A stretch of 64,000 bases of DNA from Planctomycetota bacterium (GTDB taxonomy: Bacteria > Planctomycetota > UBA11346), in assembly GCA_038231435.1 (NCBI GenBank), contig JBBRLJ010000012.1:46690-110689 (forward strand). Reading direction: 5' to 3'. Made by a program: the position numbers and the translations under genes. This document shows, piece by piece, positions 54,332-63,316 of the stretch (position 1 is its first letter; every line of letters starts with the position of its first letter). The notes beneath the pieces were generated by a model. That model was not told the DNA's origin. It ran no database searches and was given only the letters and a program-made list of their open reading frames with translations.

Positions 54332-55123
54332 ATGCGATGGTTCATCCCTGTCCTTGCCGCCGTTCTCGCGCTCGCCGGCGCGTCCGCATCAGCTGAGGAG
54401 CTAGATGTCCTGACCCTGATGTCGGGCCGCGTGGTCGAGGGGCATTACAACGACAAGACCCATACCCTGACCTTCGGCGGGAAGATCTCAGGCGGCATTC
54501 AGATCGATCCAGCCGACATCGCCAAGCATGAGACCAAGACCATCGCCGACGAGAAGGCGCCGCCAGCGCCAGCTCCGGTGTCGGCAGCGCCCGCGGCAGG
54601 CGTGGCCGGCGGGGACCCGCAGCTGGCAAAGAAGATCACCACCGCGAACGCCATCAAGCGCAGCCAGATGCAGAGGGAGCTCGCGAGCTCGATCGATTAC
54701 CAGAAGCTCTACGAGAATTCGCTCACCAAGTTGCAGGCCGAGCAGGTCGATCTGCCGAAGAAGGTGCAGGCCCTGCAGCCGCGCATCGATCGTGCGCGCA
54801 CGGATTACGAGAGCGCCCAGTCCCGGTACACCTATGTGCAGCAGGACTACGACTACTGGAACGGCCACTACCACAGCGGTTCGTACGCCGGTTCCTCGGT
54901 CGGTGATGCGCGTCAGCAGCGCGACCGCGCGCAGCAGGCGTTGCGCTCCCTCCAGGACGAGGAATCGAAGGCGCAGAAACGCCTCGACACGATCTCGAAG
55001 GAACTCGTGGACACTCAGGCCAAGCTCGCGACTTCCATCGAGAAGCAGGCCAAGCTGAAGGAGAGCCTCGAGAAGCTCGAGGCGGCCGATGCCGCGGGTA
55101 AGCTCGGCGGAGCCGCGCCCTGA
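54332..55123 (+). CDS. hypothetical secreted coiled-coil protein
   Basis: The ATG at 54332 gives the signal MRWFIPVLAAVLALAGASASA. The C-terminal half is Q/E/K/L/R-rich and heptad-like. I recognise no family. Confidence 0.5.
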   Translation: MRWFIPVLAAVLALAGASASAEELDVLTLMSGRVVEGHYNDKTHTLTFGGKISGGIQIDPADIAKHETKTIADEKAPPAPAPVSAAPAAGVAGGDPQLAKKITTANAIKRSQMQRELASSIDYQKLYENSLTKLQAEQVDLPKKVQALQPRIDRARTDYESAQSRYTYVQQDYDYWNGHYHSGSYAGSSVGDARQQRDRAQQALRSLQDEESKAQKRLDTISKELVDTQAKLATSIEKQAKLKESLEKLEAADAAGKLGGAAP

Positions 55124-55145
55124 GCGGGGTCGAGGGGATCGGCCG

Positions 55146-55373
55146 CTAGCCGATCGTTTCGACCTTCGCTTCGTGTCCCTGCACGTTCATCACGCCCGCG
55201 AGGGTGAGCTCGCGCGCCGCCTCGGGCCTCAGCTCGACCTCGGCGTCGGTGTCGCTCATCGAGATGGTGCCGATGGCGTTCTTCGAGACCTTCGCGGCCT
55301 TGCAGACGAATTTGCGCAGCGTACGCAGCGAGACCCCCGAGGTGCGTCCGATGAGGATGCGCACCTTCACCAT
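55146..55373 (-). CDS. 75-codon ORF encoding a DbpA-like RNA-binding domain (stand-alone gene or frameshifted helicase C-terminus)
   Basis: MVKVRILIGRTSGVSLRTLRKFVCKAAKVSKNAIGTISMSDTDAEVELRPEAARELTLAGVMNVQGHEAKVETIG follows the DbpA-domain pattern (..invGr.dGv....lv..i.....i....IG.I.i.d....vev......). Its ATG (55371-55373) overlaps the helicase stop (55367-55369). Confidence 0.45.
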   Translation of the reverse strand: MVKVRILIGRTSGVSLRTLRKFVCKAAKVSKNAIGTISMSDTDAEVELRPEAARELTLAGVMNVQGHEAKVETIG

Positions 55374-57508
55374 CGGGATCTGCGCTTTCGGCTGCCACGG
55401 CTGCCCGGGTCCGGGGGCGTGGTTTTCTTGCTGTCGGACTTGCCATCCGACTTGCCATCGGGTGAGGCGAGTGCCGCGCTGTCGCCGTGCTTCGGCTCGG
55501 CCGGTCTCGCCTGCACGTGGGGCTTGGCGTCGACGGGGGCCTTCACCGACGCGTGCGCGGCCGGTTCGGTCGCGCGCGAGTCGCCTGGTGCAGCGGGCGC
55601 CACATACGGCGGTTTCGCGGGGACTGGCGGTCGCGCCGGAGCCGGTGGCCTCGGAGCGACTGGTGCAGCGGGCATGCTCGGCTGCTGCGCAGGGGGTGTG
55701 TACGCGGGTGGCCGCGCCGGGACCGGTGGCGCTGGAGGGCGAACGATCGGTGCGGGCTGACCCGCCGGAGCTGTCGGAGCCGCCGGCGCTTTCACCTGAG
55801 CCGGGGTCGGCGCGGCAGCCACGACTGGGAGCACGAACTGCGGACGTGGCGTGACCGTTGGCTGCGGGCGGTGATCGTCGCCGCGCGGGCCGTCGTTGCC
55901 GCGGGCGCCGGGAGCAGCGCGAGCATCGAGCCGGACCGGGATGCGTCGGCCGCGATAGTGCAGGGTCGCGCCGAGCACGCGCTCGGAGACCGCGGCCGCC
56001 ACCGCGAGGGTGGTGTGGCGCGGATACATGCGCAGCTTGCCGAGCTGCGCATTGTTGATCTCGGCGCCACGGCAGACCATCGCGATGATCGAGGCCGGGG
56101 TGACGCCGTCGTCCTGGCCGACGCCCATGAACAGCTCGACCGAGCCGCCCTGGCGGGCATCGATGCGTGCCCCCGGCGCCGGGCGCGCAGGTTCGGGGGC
56201 GGCGTCGGGCACCAGGCGGTGGACGATGGCCGCGAGCACGGCCTCGGCGCCGCTGGCCGCGACCAGTTCGGCGAACTCCGTGGGCAGCGACAGATTCTCG
56301 CCGAGGCTCTCGGCGACGCGCACCGCCAGCCGGCGGCGGCGGGCTCCGATGATCTCCGAGGCGCTCGGCACTTCGGCCTGGGTGGGGCGGCTGCCGGCCG
56401 ACTGCGCGAGGCGCATGAAGCGCATACGCTCGGACATGGCGATGACCGTCCACGCCTCGCCCAGCGCGCCCGCGCGCGCGGTGCGTCCGATGCGGTGGGT
56501 GTACGAAGCAGCGCCCACCGGCAGGCCGAGATTGAACACGTGGCTGACGCCCTGCACGTCGAGGCCGCGCGCGGCCACGTCGGTCGCGACCAGCACCGGC
56601 ATCTTGCCTTGCCGGAAGCGCGACAGCACGCGCTCGCGCGCATCTTGCTGCAGATCACCCGAGATGCCGCCGGCATCGATCGATGCCAGCGCGAGCGCCT
56701 GGCAGACCTCATCAACAGCGAGGCGCGTGCGCGTGAACACCAGCGCGCGCGCCGGTTCGAGCACCTGCAGCAGGCGCACCAGGGCCGCGAGCTCGTGGCC
56801 GCGATGGGTGAGCACGAATTTCTGCGGCACGTGGCCGGACGCCTGGCGGGTGTCGAGGCGGACCTCGCGCGGCTTGTCCAGCCAGCGCTCGACCGCGTCC
56901 TCGACCGACGGCGGAAAGGTGGCGCTGAAGAACCAGCGCGCGACGCCCTCGCCGAGATCCTTGACCAGCGTCTCGAGCTCGTCCTTGAAACCCATGTCGA
57001 GCATCTGGTCGGCTTCGTCGAGCACCAAGATCTCGGCGTCGGCGACCAGCCGCTTCTGCTGGAGCATGTCGCACATGCGCCCCGGCGTGCCGACGATCAA
57101 TGGCGGCTTGCGCTGGAGATCGCGCTGCTGCTGCCACGACGGCGCGCCGCCGATCAGCGTCGCCACGGTGCCGGCGCCGAGGATGGCCTCGGCCTCGCGC
57201 GCGACCTGGCCGGCGAGCTCGCGCGTCGGGCACACCACCCAGGCGCGCTTGCACTCGCCCGCGGCGAAGGCGGTCGCGAGCGGCAGCAGGAAGGCCATGG
57301 TCTTGCCGGAACCGGTGCGGGCCTGGGCCAGCAGGTCTCCGCCCTTGGAGCCGATGCCGGCCAACGCCAATGGGATCACCGCCGCCTGCACCGGCGTGGG
57401 CGAGGTGATCGAGCGTGCGGCGAGGTGGGCGACGAGCGCCTCGGGCAGGCCGAGTTCGGAGAAGGTGGGCACGGGCGGGGGGGTGGTCGGCATGGGGGGC
57501 AAGACCAT
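55367..57508 (-). CDS. DEAD-box ATP-dependent RNA helicase (DeaD/CsdA-like) with DbpA-like domain and Pro/Ala-rich tail
   Basis: The ATG at 57508 is preceded by GGGGAGG. Motifs: Q-motif FSELGLP...TPVQ, AQARTGSGKT, VLDEADQML, SAT, VATDVAARGLD and HRIGRTARAG. An internal DbpA-like segment reads VELFMGVGQDDGVTPASIIAMV... Confidence 0.88.
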   Translation of the reverse strand: MVLPPMPTTPPPVPTFSELGLPEALVAHLAARSITSPTPVQAAVIPLALAGIGSKGGDLLAQARTGSGKTMAFLLPLATAFAAGECKRAWVVCPTRELAGQVAREAEAILGAGTVATLIGGAPSWQQQRDLQRKPPLIVGTPGRMCDMLQQKRLVADAEILVLDEADQMLDMGFKDELETLVKDLGEGVARWFFSATFPPSVEDAVERWLDKPREVRLDTRQASGHVPQKFVLTHRGHELAALVRLLQVLEPARALVFTRTRLAVDEVCQALALASIDAGGISGDLQQDARERVLSRFRQGKMPVLVATDVAARGLDVQGVSHVFNLGLPVGAASYTHRIGRTARAGALGEAWTVIAMSERMRFMRLAQSAGSRPTQAEVPSASEIIGARRRRLAVRVAESLGENLSLPTEFAELVAASGAEAVLAAIVHRLVPDAAPEPARPAPGARIDARQGGSVELFMGVGQDDGVTPASIIAMVCRGAEINNAQLGKLRMYPRHTTLAVAAAVSERVLGATLHYRGRRIPVRLDARAAPGARGNDGPRGDDHRPQPTVTPRPQFVLPVVAAAPTPAQVKAPAAPTAPAGQPAPIVRPPAPPVPARPPAYTPPAQQPSMPAAPVAPRPPAPARPPVPAKPPYVAPAAPGDSRATEPAAHASVKAPVDAKPHVQARPAEPKHGDSAALASPDGKSDGKSDSKKTTPPDPGSRGSRKRRSRW

Positions 57509-57768
57509 AGGACCTCCCCACCGCGATATAAGGGGATAATCCGTCCTGAACCATGCAGGCGCTGTCATCGGACGGGCTTGGGTCCGCCGGCTGACCCACG
57601 GGGAGCGAGCCTGCGGAGCCCATGGTGATGATCGGGCGATCCTGGTGTATGCTCCCCTACTCCGTGCCCACCGCCGTCCTCTCCTTTGGCCTCCATGCGA
57701 GCCTCGATGCGGGTCTCGCTGCCGGTCTGCCCCTTGTCGGCCCCGTCGGTCCGCGCTCAAATGCCTCC

Positions 57769-58557
57769 ATGGCCGTAGCCGCCCTGACGCGCATGACCTT
57801 CGCTGATAGCATCCGCCAGCCGGTGACCTGGTTGATGACCGGCATCTCCCTCTCGCTGCTGGCGGTGAGCTACGCCTTCGGACTGTTCAACTTCGAAGCC
57901 ATGGATCGCCTGCGCATGCTGGCGACGGCGGGAGTGGCGGTCGCCGTGATCAATGGCCTGTTCCTGGCGGTGGTGCTCGCGACCCAGAGCGTCCACGAGG
58001 AACTGGTGTCGCGCACCGCGCTGACGTTGTTCGCGAAGCCGCTCGGGCGCGGCGAATTCCTCGTCGGCAAGGCGCTGGGCGTGTGGCTGACCGTCGCGGT
58101 CTCTGGCGTGGTCATCGCCGCCGGACACGCGCTGGTCCTACTCTACGCGCTGCACACGGGTTTCGAAGACGGCCACGACGACGGTCACAACCACGGCATG
58201 TTCGATCCGGACATGCACGCGCCCTGGGCGGCGATCGCTTCGGCGCATGGCCTCGCCCTGGGGCACTCCGCGGTCCTGGCCTGCATCGGCGCGGTGCTGG
58301 CGCTGCGCATCGGGTTGGTCGCCAACATCCTCGTCTGCTTCGCGATCTTCGTAGGCGGCCACCTGCTCGCGGGCGCCGGCACCATGGGCGGCCTGGTCAT
58401 CCCGGGCCTGGCACTGTTCAATATCGACGACTGCATCCAGCTCGAACTGCCGATATCAGGGCCCTACCTGGCCATGACAGCCCTTTACACGGCATGGTTC
58501 TGTGCAGGCTGGTTGTTCATCGGACTCGCGGTGTTCAAGCGTCAGGACATTCCCTAG
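57769..58557 (+). CDS. ABC-2-type permease-like integral membrane protein (no cognate ATPase adjacent)
   Basis: From the ATG at 57769 the product reads MAVAALTRMTFADSIRQPVTWLMTGISLSLL..., with six predicted TM helices and the motif FAKPLGRGEFLVGKALG. There is a His/Asp-rich loop HTGFEDGHDDGHNHGMFDPDMH. Confidence 0.55.
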   Translation: MAVAALTRMTFADSIRQPVTWLMTGISLSLLAVSYAFGLFNFEAMDRLRMLATAGVAVAVINGLFLAVVLATQSVHEELVSRTALTLFAKPLGRGEFLVGKALGVWLTVAVSGVVIAAGHALVLLYALHTGFEDGHDDGHNHGMFDPDMHAPWAAIASAHGLALGHSAVLACIGAVLALRIGLVANILVCFAIFVGGHLLAGAGTMGGLVIPGLALFNIDDCIQLELPISGPYLAMTALYTAWFCAGWLFIGLAVFKRQDIP

Positions 58558-58587
58558 GCTCGCGCCAGGGACGGAAAGGCTCAGTCA

Positions 58588-59319
58588 GTGCGCTACGCAT
58601 TGCTCGGCGACATCCATGGCAACACCGAGGCGCTCACCGCGTGCCTCGATGCGATCAAGGCTCAGAACATCGAGAAGGTGATCTGTCTTGGCGACATCGT
58701 CGGCTACGGAGCCGAACCGGTGAAGTGCCTGGAGATGATCCGCGACCTCAAGTGCGACGTGATCGCCGGCAATCACGACTGGGCCGCGGTCGGCAAGCTC
58801 TCGATCGACTGCTTCAACGCCTACGCCAAGGCGGCGGCGATCTGGACGCGCGACCAGCTGACCAACGAGCAGAAGGAATGGCTCGCCAACCTGCCGCTGA
58901 CGCTCACCTATGAGCACTGCGCGGTGGCCCACGGCACCTTCCACCAGCCCGAAGCCTTCAACTACATCCAGACCGTCTTCGACGCCCAGCAGAGCTTCGA
59001 GGCCCTGAAGAAGATGGGCGCGCGGTTGGGCTTCCTCGGCCACAGCCACGTGCCGGTCGGTTTCTTCGACACTGATCCGATCACCTACACGCTCGATCCC
59101 GAGATGCCGGTCGACGAGGACCTGGCGATCATCGTCAACGCCGGCTCGGTTGGCCAGCCGCGCGACGAGAACAACCGCGCCAGCTTCGCGGTCTACGATT
59201 CGGCGACCAACATGGTCAACATCAACCGCGTCGAATACGACATCGAGGCGGCCGCGACCAAGATCCGCGGCGTCGGCCTGCCGGAAATCCTGGCCGCACG
59301 CCTCTACCAGGGCAAGTAG
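58588..59319 (+). CDS. metallophosphoesterase (calcineurin-like, YfcE/MJ0936-type)
   Basis: GTG start. Motifs LLGDIHGN, CLGDIVGYG, AGNHD and GHSH. Confidence 0.8.
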   Translation: MRYALLGDIHGNTEALTACLDAIKAQNIEKVICLGDIVGYGAEPVKCLEMIRDLKCDVIAGNHDWAAVGKLSIDCFNAYAKAAAIWTRDQLTNEQKEWLANLPLTLTYEHCAVAHGTFHQPEAFNYIQTVFDAQQSFEALKKMGARLGFLGHSHVPVGFFDTDPITYTLDPEMPVDEDLAIIVNAGSVGQPRDENNRASFAVYDSATNMVNINRVEYDIEAAATKIRGVGLPEILAARLYQGK

Positions 59320-59394
59320 CCCCCGCCGACGGCCCAGCGACGTCCCGCGCGTCCCGCGCTCGTGCGCGCCGCCAACCGGCATATGCTGCCGCTC

Positions 59395-60000
59395 ATGACG
59401 CGTCCGCGCATCAAGTTCTGCGGACTCACCCGCATCGAGGACGTCCGCGCGGCGATCGCTCTGGGCGTCGATGCCATCGGCCTCAATCTCGCGCGCGGTC
59501 CGCGCAAGCTCGAGCCGGCGCGCGCCGCCGAGCTCGCCCGCGCAGTGCCGCCGCTGGTCGTGGCGGTGGCGCTGTTCGTCGATGCCGACGAGTCGACCAT
59601 CCTCGAGGCGATGCGCGTCACGCGCTGCCAGGCCGCGCAGCTGCATGGGTCCGAGCCGCCCGAGCTTGCCGAGCGCCTGCGCGCGCGCTTCCCGGTCATC
59701 AAGGCCTTCGCGATCACCGACGCCGCGAGCCTGGCCGCCGTGCGCGGTTATCCCGCCGACGCCTACCTGCTCGATTCCCCCGGCGGCGGCAGCGGACGCG
59801 CCTGGGACCATCGATTGATCGACGAGGCCCGTCTGGACAGGCCGATCGTGCTCGCCGGCGGCCTGACGCCGGCGACGTTGGCGGCGGCCTGCGCGTCCCG
59901 GCCGTGGGCGGTCGACGTGTCGAGTGGGATCGAGTCTGCTCCCGGCATCAAGGATGGGGCGAAGATGGCGGCGTTCGTGGCGGCGGCGCAGGCGCTCTAG
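59395..60000 (+). CDS. trpF: phosphoribosylanthranilate isomerase
   Basis: From the ATG at 59395 the product reads MTRPRIKFCGLTRIEDVRAA..., QLHGSEPPE, LLDSPGGGSGRAWD, LAGGLTP and DVSSGIESAPGIKD. Confidence 0.85.
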   Translation: MTRPRIKFCGLTRIEDVRAAIALGVDAIGLNLARGPRKLEPARAAELARAVPPLVVAVALFVDADESTILEAMRVTRCQAAQLHGSEPPELAERLRARFPVIKAFAITDAASLAAVRGYPADAYLLDSPGGGSGRAWDHRLIDEARLDRPIVLAGGLTPATLAAACASRPWAVDVSSGIESAPGIKDGAKMAAFVAAAQAL

Positions 60001-60064
60001 GCTCTCGTCGAGCTTCGATAGGAGGGCGTCGTCGCTTCCGACAGCTTCCTGCCGTGTCCGCTAG

Positions 60065-62134
60065 CTATTGCTGCTTGGCGCCCGCCAGCGCGTTGCCCAC
60101 GTCCTTGTGCAGCATCTTCAGCTGCTTGTCCATCTCCTCGATCGGCTGCTTGGTCGCGCCGAGCGGCGGAACCCATTTGGGATTCTTCAGCCAGCCGCTG
60201 ACGTCGGCCTGGGCCTTCTCGATGAAATCGTTGTTCGCCTGCAGCTTCTCTTTGCCGTCGCTGACGCGCGTGAGCTTGCTGTTGGTCGCGTACCAGGTGC
60301 CGATGGCGGCGACGCGGTCAGATTCGACATGGTCCTCGGCCAGCCACTTCTTCCATGCATCAGCGCTGTCGCCATTCGCCTTCACGACGTCCGCGCGTCC
60401 GTAGGTCTGGCCGACCAACGACTTGATCGCGTCGACGCATTCGTGGTCGCCGACCGCGGCGAGCTTGTCGAGCGCCGCGCGCAGGCTGGGCAGTTCGACG
60501 ATTGGCACCAACTTGAGCGCGCCCGCCGCCACCAGCCGTTTGCTCTTGTCTGGCAGCACCGCGCTCAGCTTCTGCACCACCTCGTCGGACAGCGCCTTGG
60601 CGGCATCGCTGCCCTTGAGCATGAAGTCCTTGCCCAGGCATTCGCTCATGAAGCTGGCGTCGCAGCCGGGCAGGGAGAGCACGTTCAGCTCAGGGGTGAG
60701 CGCCAGCAGATCGTCGATGGCGGGCGAGAGCGCCAGGCGCTTGACCGCCTTGAGCGCGCCGACGAGTTCCTCGGGCGGAGTGGACTTGACCAGCAGGGGC
60801 TTGAACTTGGCGGCGAGGGATGCGCGCTTGCCGTCGTTGCTCGCGGTATCCGGCAGGCTGCCGTGCTCGCCGAGGCACTCGAGCGCCCAGATGCGCAGCT
60901 CGCGGTTGTCGCTGAAGGCGAGATCGAGCATCTTCTCGAGCTGGCCCGATGAGCTCTTCGCCACCGCATCCTTGAGCTTGGCGTTGCCTAAGGCGCGGTC
61001 GCGGTTGCCGCCGACGAACAGCGCGATGCCGTAGCCGACCGACTCCATGCTCAGGAGTTTCGACAAGCCTTCGAACGCCGCGGTGAGGCGCGCGTCCGAG
61101 ATGCCGGAGGTCGAGGCGATGGTGCCGAGGGTGGCGACGGCGTCCTCGTGGCCGGCGCGGGCGATCAGGTTGATGGCGGCGACACCGACCTCGTCTGGCT
61201 GCTGGGTGTCGACCGCCCATTCGGCCAGTGCGGTGGGCAGGCGTTCGCCCGAGTTCTTCTCGCGGTCATAGATCTCGGTGGCCGAGGCGAGCGCGGCGGC
61301 GCGCTGCGCCGGGGTGACGTTCGAGCGGTCGGCGATCGAGGTCAGCTGGCCGAGCAGTCCAGCCTTCTCGGCGAGGTGGATCTGCACCTCGACGGGGCCG
61401 TGGCCGGCGATGATCACGTCCTTCACCCGGTGCGGATCGGATCCGACCATGCCCAGGTAATCATCGGCGGCCTTGAGCGCGGCGTCCATCTTGGTCGCGT
61501 CGCCCTTCGCGGCGTCCATCGCCGAGATCTTGCGGCCGAGGTTGAAGGGGCCCCATGAGAACGCCGCGATCGCGCCGAGCACCACCACGCCGATGACGAT
61601 GTACATCGCGCGGCTGCTCTTGCCCTTGGCGCTGGTGCGGCGGCTGGACTTCGACACGTCCTTGCGCTGGCTGGCGGTCGCCGGATTGCGGCTGGACGAG
61701 GGAGCACGCATGGTGCGCGAGGCCGATTCGGATTTCGCGGCCTTGAGCCGCGACGACGATGGCGGCTTCGCGGCACCCTGCGCGGGGATGCGCTGCGAGG
61801 ACGGTGCCTTGGCTGGAGCGGTCGCCTGGGGGGCCGGGACGTTGGCCGATGTCGGCGGCTTGGCCGTGCCCTGCGCGGGGATGCGCGTCGACGAGGGGGC
61901 TTTCGGCTGAGTGGCCGGCTGGACCGGCTGCTTCGGAGCCGGCGCCGGCGCGGGGGCCGGCTTGACCGCCTCGATGCGTTGCGACGGCGGCTTCAGGTCC
62001 TTGGCGGTGGCGCGCTGCGACGGCGGCTGCTCCTGCTTCATAGCCTCGGTGGTGCGGCGCTTGCCCGCCGAGCCGTTGGCGGCCGAATAACGTGACGACG
62101 ACGGCGAGCGGCGCGGTGTGACCATGGGCGGCAT
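60065..62134 (-). CDS. single-pass membrane protein with repetitive Pro/Ser/Ala N-terminal region and HEAT/ARM-like C-terminal domain (689 aa)
   Basis: The N-terminal repeats are PPSQR and PSSxRIPAQGxAKPP. The TM helix is AMYIVIGVVVLGAIAAFSW. The helical repeat region includes e.g. DNRELRIWALECLGEHG. Confidence 0.6.
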   Translation of the reverse strand: MPPMVTPRRSPSSSRYSAANGSAGKRRTTEAMKQEQPPSQRATAKDLKPPSQRIEAVKPAPAPAPAPKQPVQPATQPKAPSSTRIPAQGTAKPPTSANVPAPQATAPAKAPSSQRIPAQGAAKPPSSSRLKAAKSESASRTMRAPSSSRNPATASQRKDVSKSSRRTSAKGKSSRAMYIVIGVVVLGAIAAFSWGPFNLGRKISAMDAAKGDATKMDAALKAADDYLGMVGSDPHRVKDVIIAGHGPVEVQIHLAEKAGLLGQLTSIADRSNVTPAQRAAALASATEIYDREKNSGERLPTALAEWAVDTQQPDEVGVAAINLIARAGHEDAVATLGTIASTSGISDARLTAAFEGLSKLLSMESVGYGIALFVGGNRDRALGNAKLKDAVAKSSSGQLEKMLDLAFSDNRELRIWALECLGEHGSLPDTASNDGKRASLAAKFKPLLVKSTPPEELVGALKAVKRLALSPAIDDLLALTPELNVLSLPGCDASFMSECLGKDFMLKGSDAAKALSDEVVQKLSAVLPDKSKRLVAAGALKLVPIVELPSLRAALDKLAAVGDHECVDAIKSLVGQTYGRADVVKANGDSADAWKKWLAEDHVESDRVAAIGTWYATNSKLTRVSDGKEKLQANNDFIEKAQADVSGWLKNPKWVPPLGATKQPIEEMDKQLKMLHKDVGNALAGAKQQ

Positions 62135-62350
62135 GGTAGGCCCCGCCTCGGGCGCGTGATCGCGAGGTGCGGGCGTGACCGTGGCCTGTGTGCCTCTGAA
62201 GCCACCGGGTGGCCCGTGTCATCGTAGAGGGGCAGTCGTGGACTCCCCGGCGGGCTTACACCCACACCTCTTACGCTAGACGCCCACGACCTGGCGCGAG
62301 ACGCGCATGGCTGCCGGCGCTCGGGAAGGGTGATCGGAGCGCAAGGACAC

Positions 62351-63187
62351 CTAGGCCTTCCAGAATTCCTCGACCAGGTAGGTGCCGACGCCGATCGCGT
62401 GCGCCGGTTCCTTGAGATCCTCGATCATGCCGGGATTGCCGCAGGTCATGAACGCGGTCTCGTCCGGCTTCACCAGTTCGCGCAGCGCGGCCTTGTCGAC
62501 GCCCTCGGGCAACGCCACCACGCGACCCTCGGGGATCGGCTGGTCGAGGACGTGGCGGACCACCTCGTTGACCCGGCCCTTGGCGATAGCCGGGGTCCAG
62601 CCGCGGGCCGGGTCAGGACGTGACGAGGTGCAGATGAAGGTGAAGTCGAAGCCGTCCTTCTTGGCCGCGGCGTAGCCCTCGAGCTCGGGACGGTAGCCGA
62701 ACTCGTCCGCATAGGCAGCGCCGTAGAAGAGGATGATGCGGAACGGGCAGTGCACGCCGCTCTGGTGCAGCTTCCACAACGTGCGCACGTGGCCGACGAA
62801 CGGCGCCAGCCCGGTGCCGGTGGCCACCATCACCACGGTGCGCTTGTTGGCGGCCTTGAGCGTGAACTTGCCCTTGGGGCTGAGGTAGAAGAACTTCGCG
62901 CCGGGTTCCTGTGCGAAGATGGTCGGGGTCAGCTTGCCGTTGTCGACCAGCGCGATGTAGAACTCGAGCACGCCTTCGTCCAGTGGGCTGCCGGCGATCG
63001 AGTACGCGCGCGGGACGAAGCCGTGGGCGGCGGTGTCGAGCCCGAGCGTGGTGTATTGGCCGGCCTGGTACCACCAGCGCGCGCCGTTGTCGGGCTTGAG
63101 CTTGAACACGCCCAGACGGCCGCCGGCGAAGACGTTCTTTTCGACCAGCGTCGCGGTCTGCATCTTCTTCTTCAGCGCGTCCGACAT
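62351..63187 (-). CDS. fpr: ferredoxin-NADP+ reductase (bacterial Fpr type)
   Basis: From the ATG at 63187: RAYSIAGSP (the RxYS FAD motif), VATGTGLAPF (NADP motif) and a C-terminal YLVEEFW. Confidence 0.8.
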   Translation of the reverse strand: MSDALKKKMQTATLVEKNVFAGGRLGVFKLKPDNGARWWYQAGQYTTLGLDTAAHGFVPRAYSIAGSPLDEGVLEFYIALVDNGKLTPTIFAQEPGAKFFYLSPKGKFTLKAANKRTVVMVATGTGLAPFVGHVRTLWKLHQSGVHCPFRIILFYGAAYADEFGYRPELEGYAAAKKDGFDFTFICTSSRPDPARGWTPAIAKGRVNEVVRHVLDQPIPEGRVVALPEGVDKAALRELVKPDETAFMTCGNPGMIEDLKEPAHAIGVGTYLVEEFWKA

Positions 63188-63316
63188 GGTCCCTTGCCCT
63201 CGGAAGCGCATCCTTGGCGGTCGCCGGGGTTTGCAACGCCGCGTCGGCGCATGCCCGGTATGTCGGATGCGATTCGCGGTGGGTCGACCGCGTGCCGTCG
63301 ACCGGCCACCGGCGGC

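Noticed and set aside
59320-59394. A 9-mer CGTCCCGCG repeated twice upstream of trpF, as part of the heptamer family
   Set aside because: The period is 9, not 7, and there are only two units. That is too little to call a repeat family.
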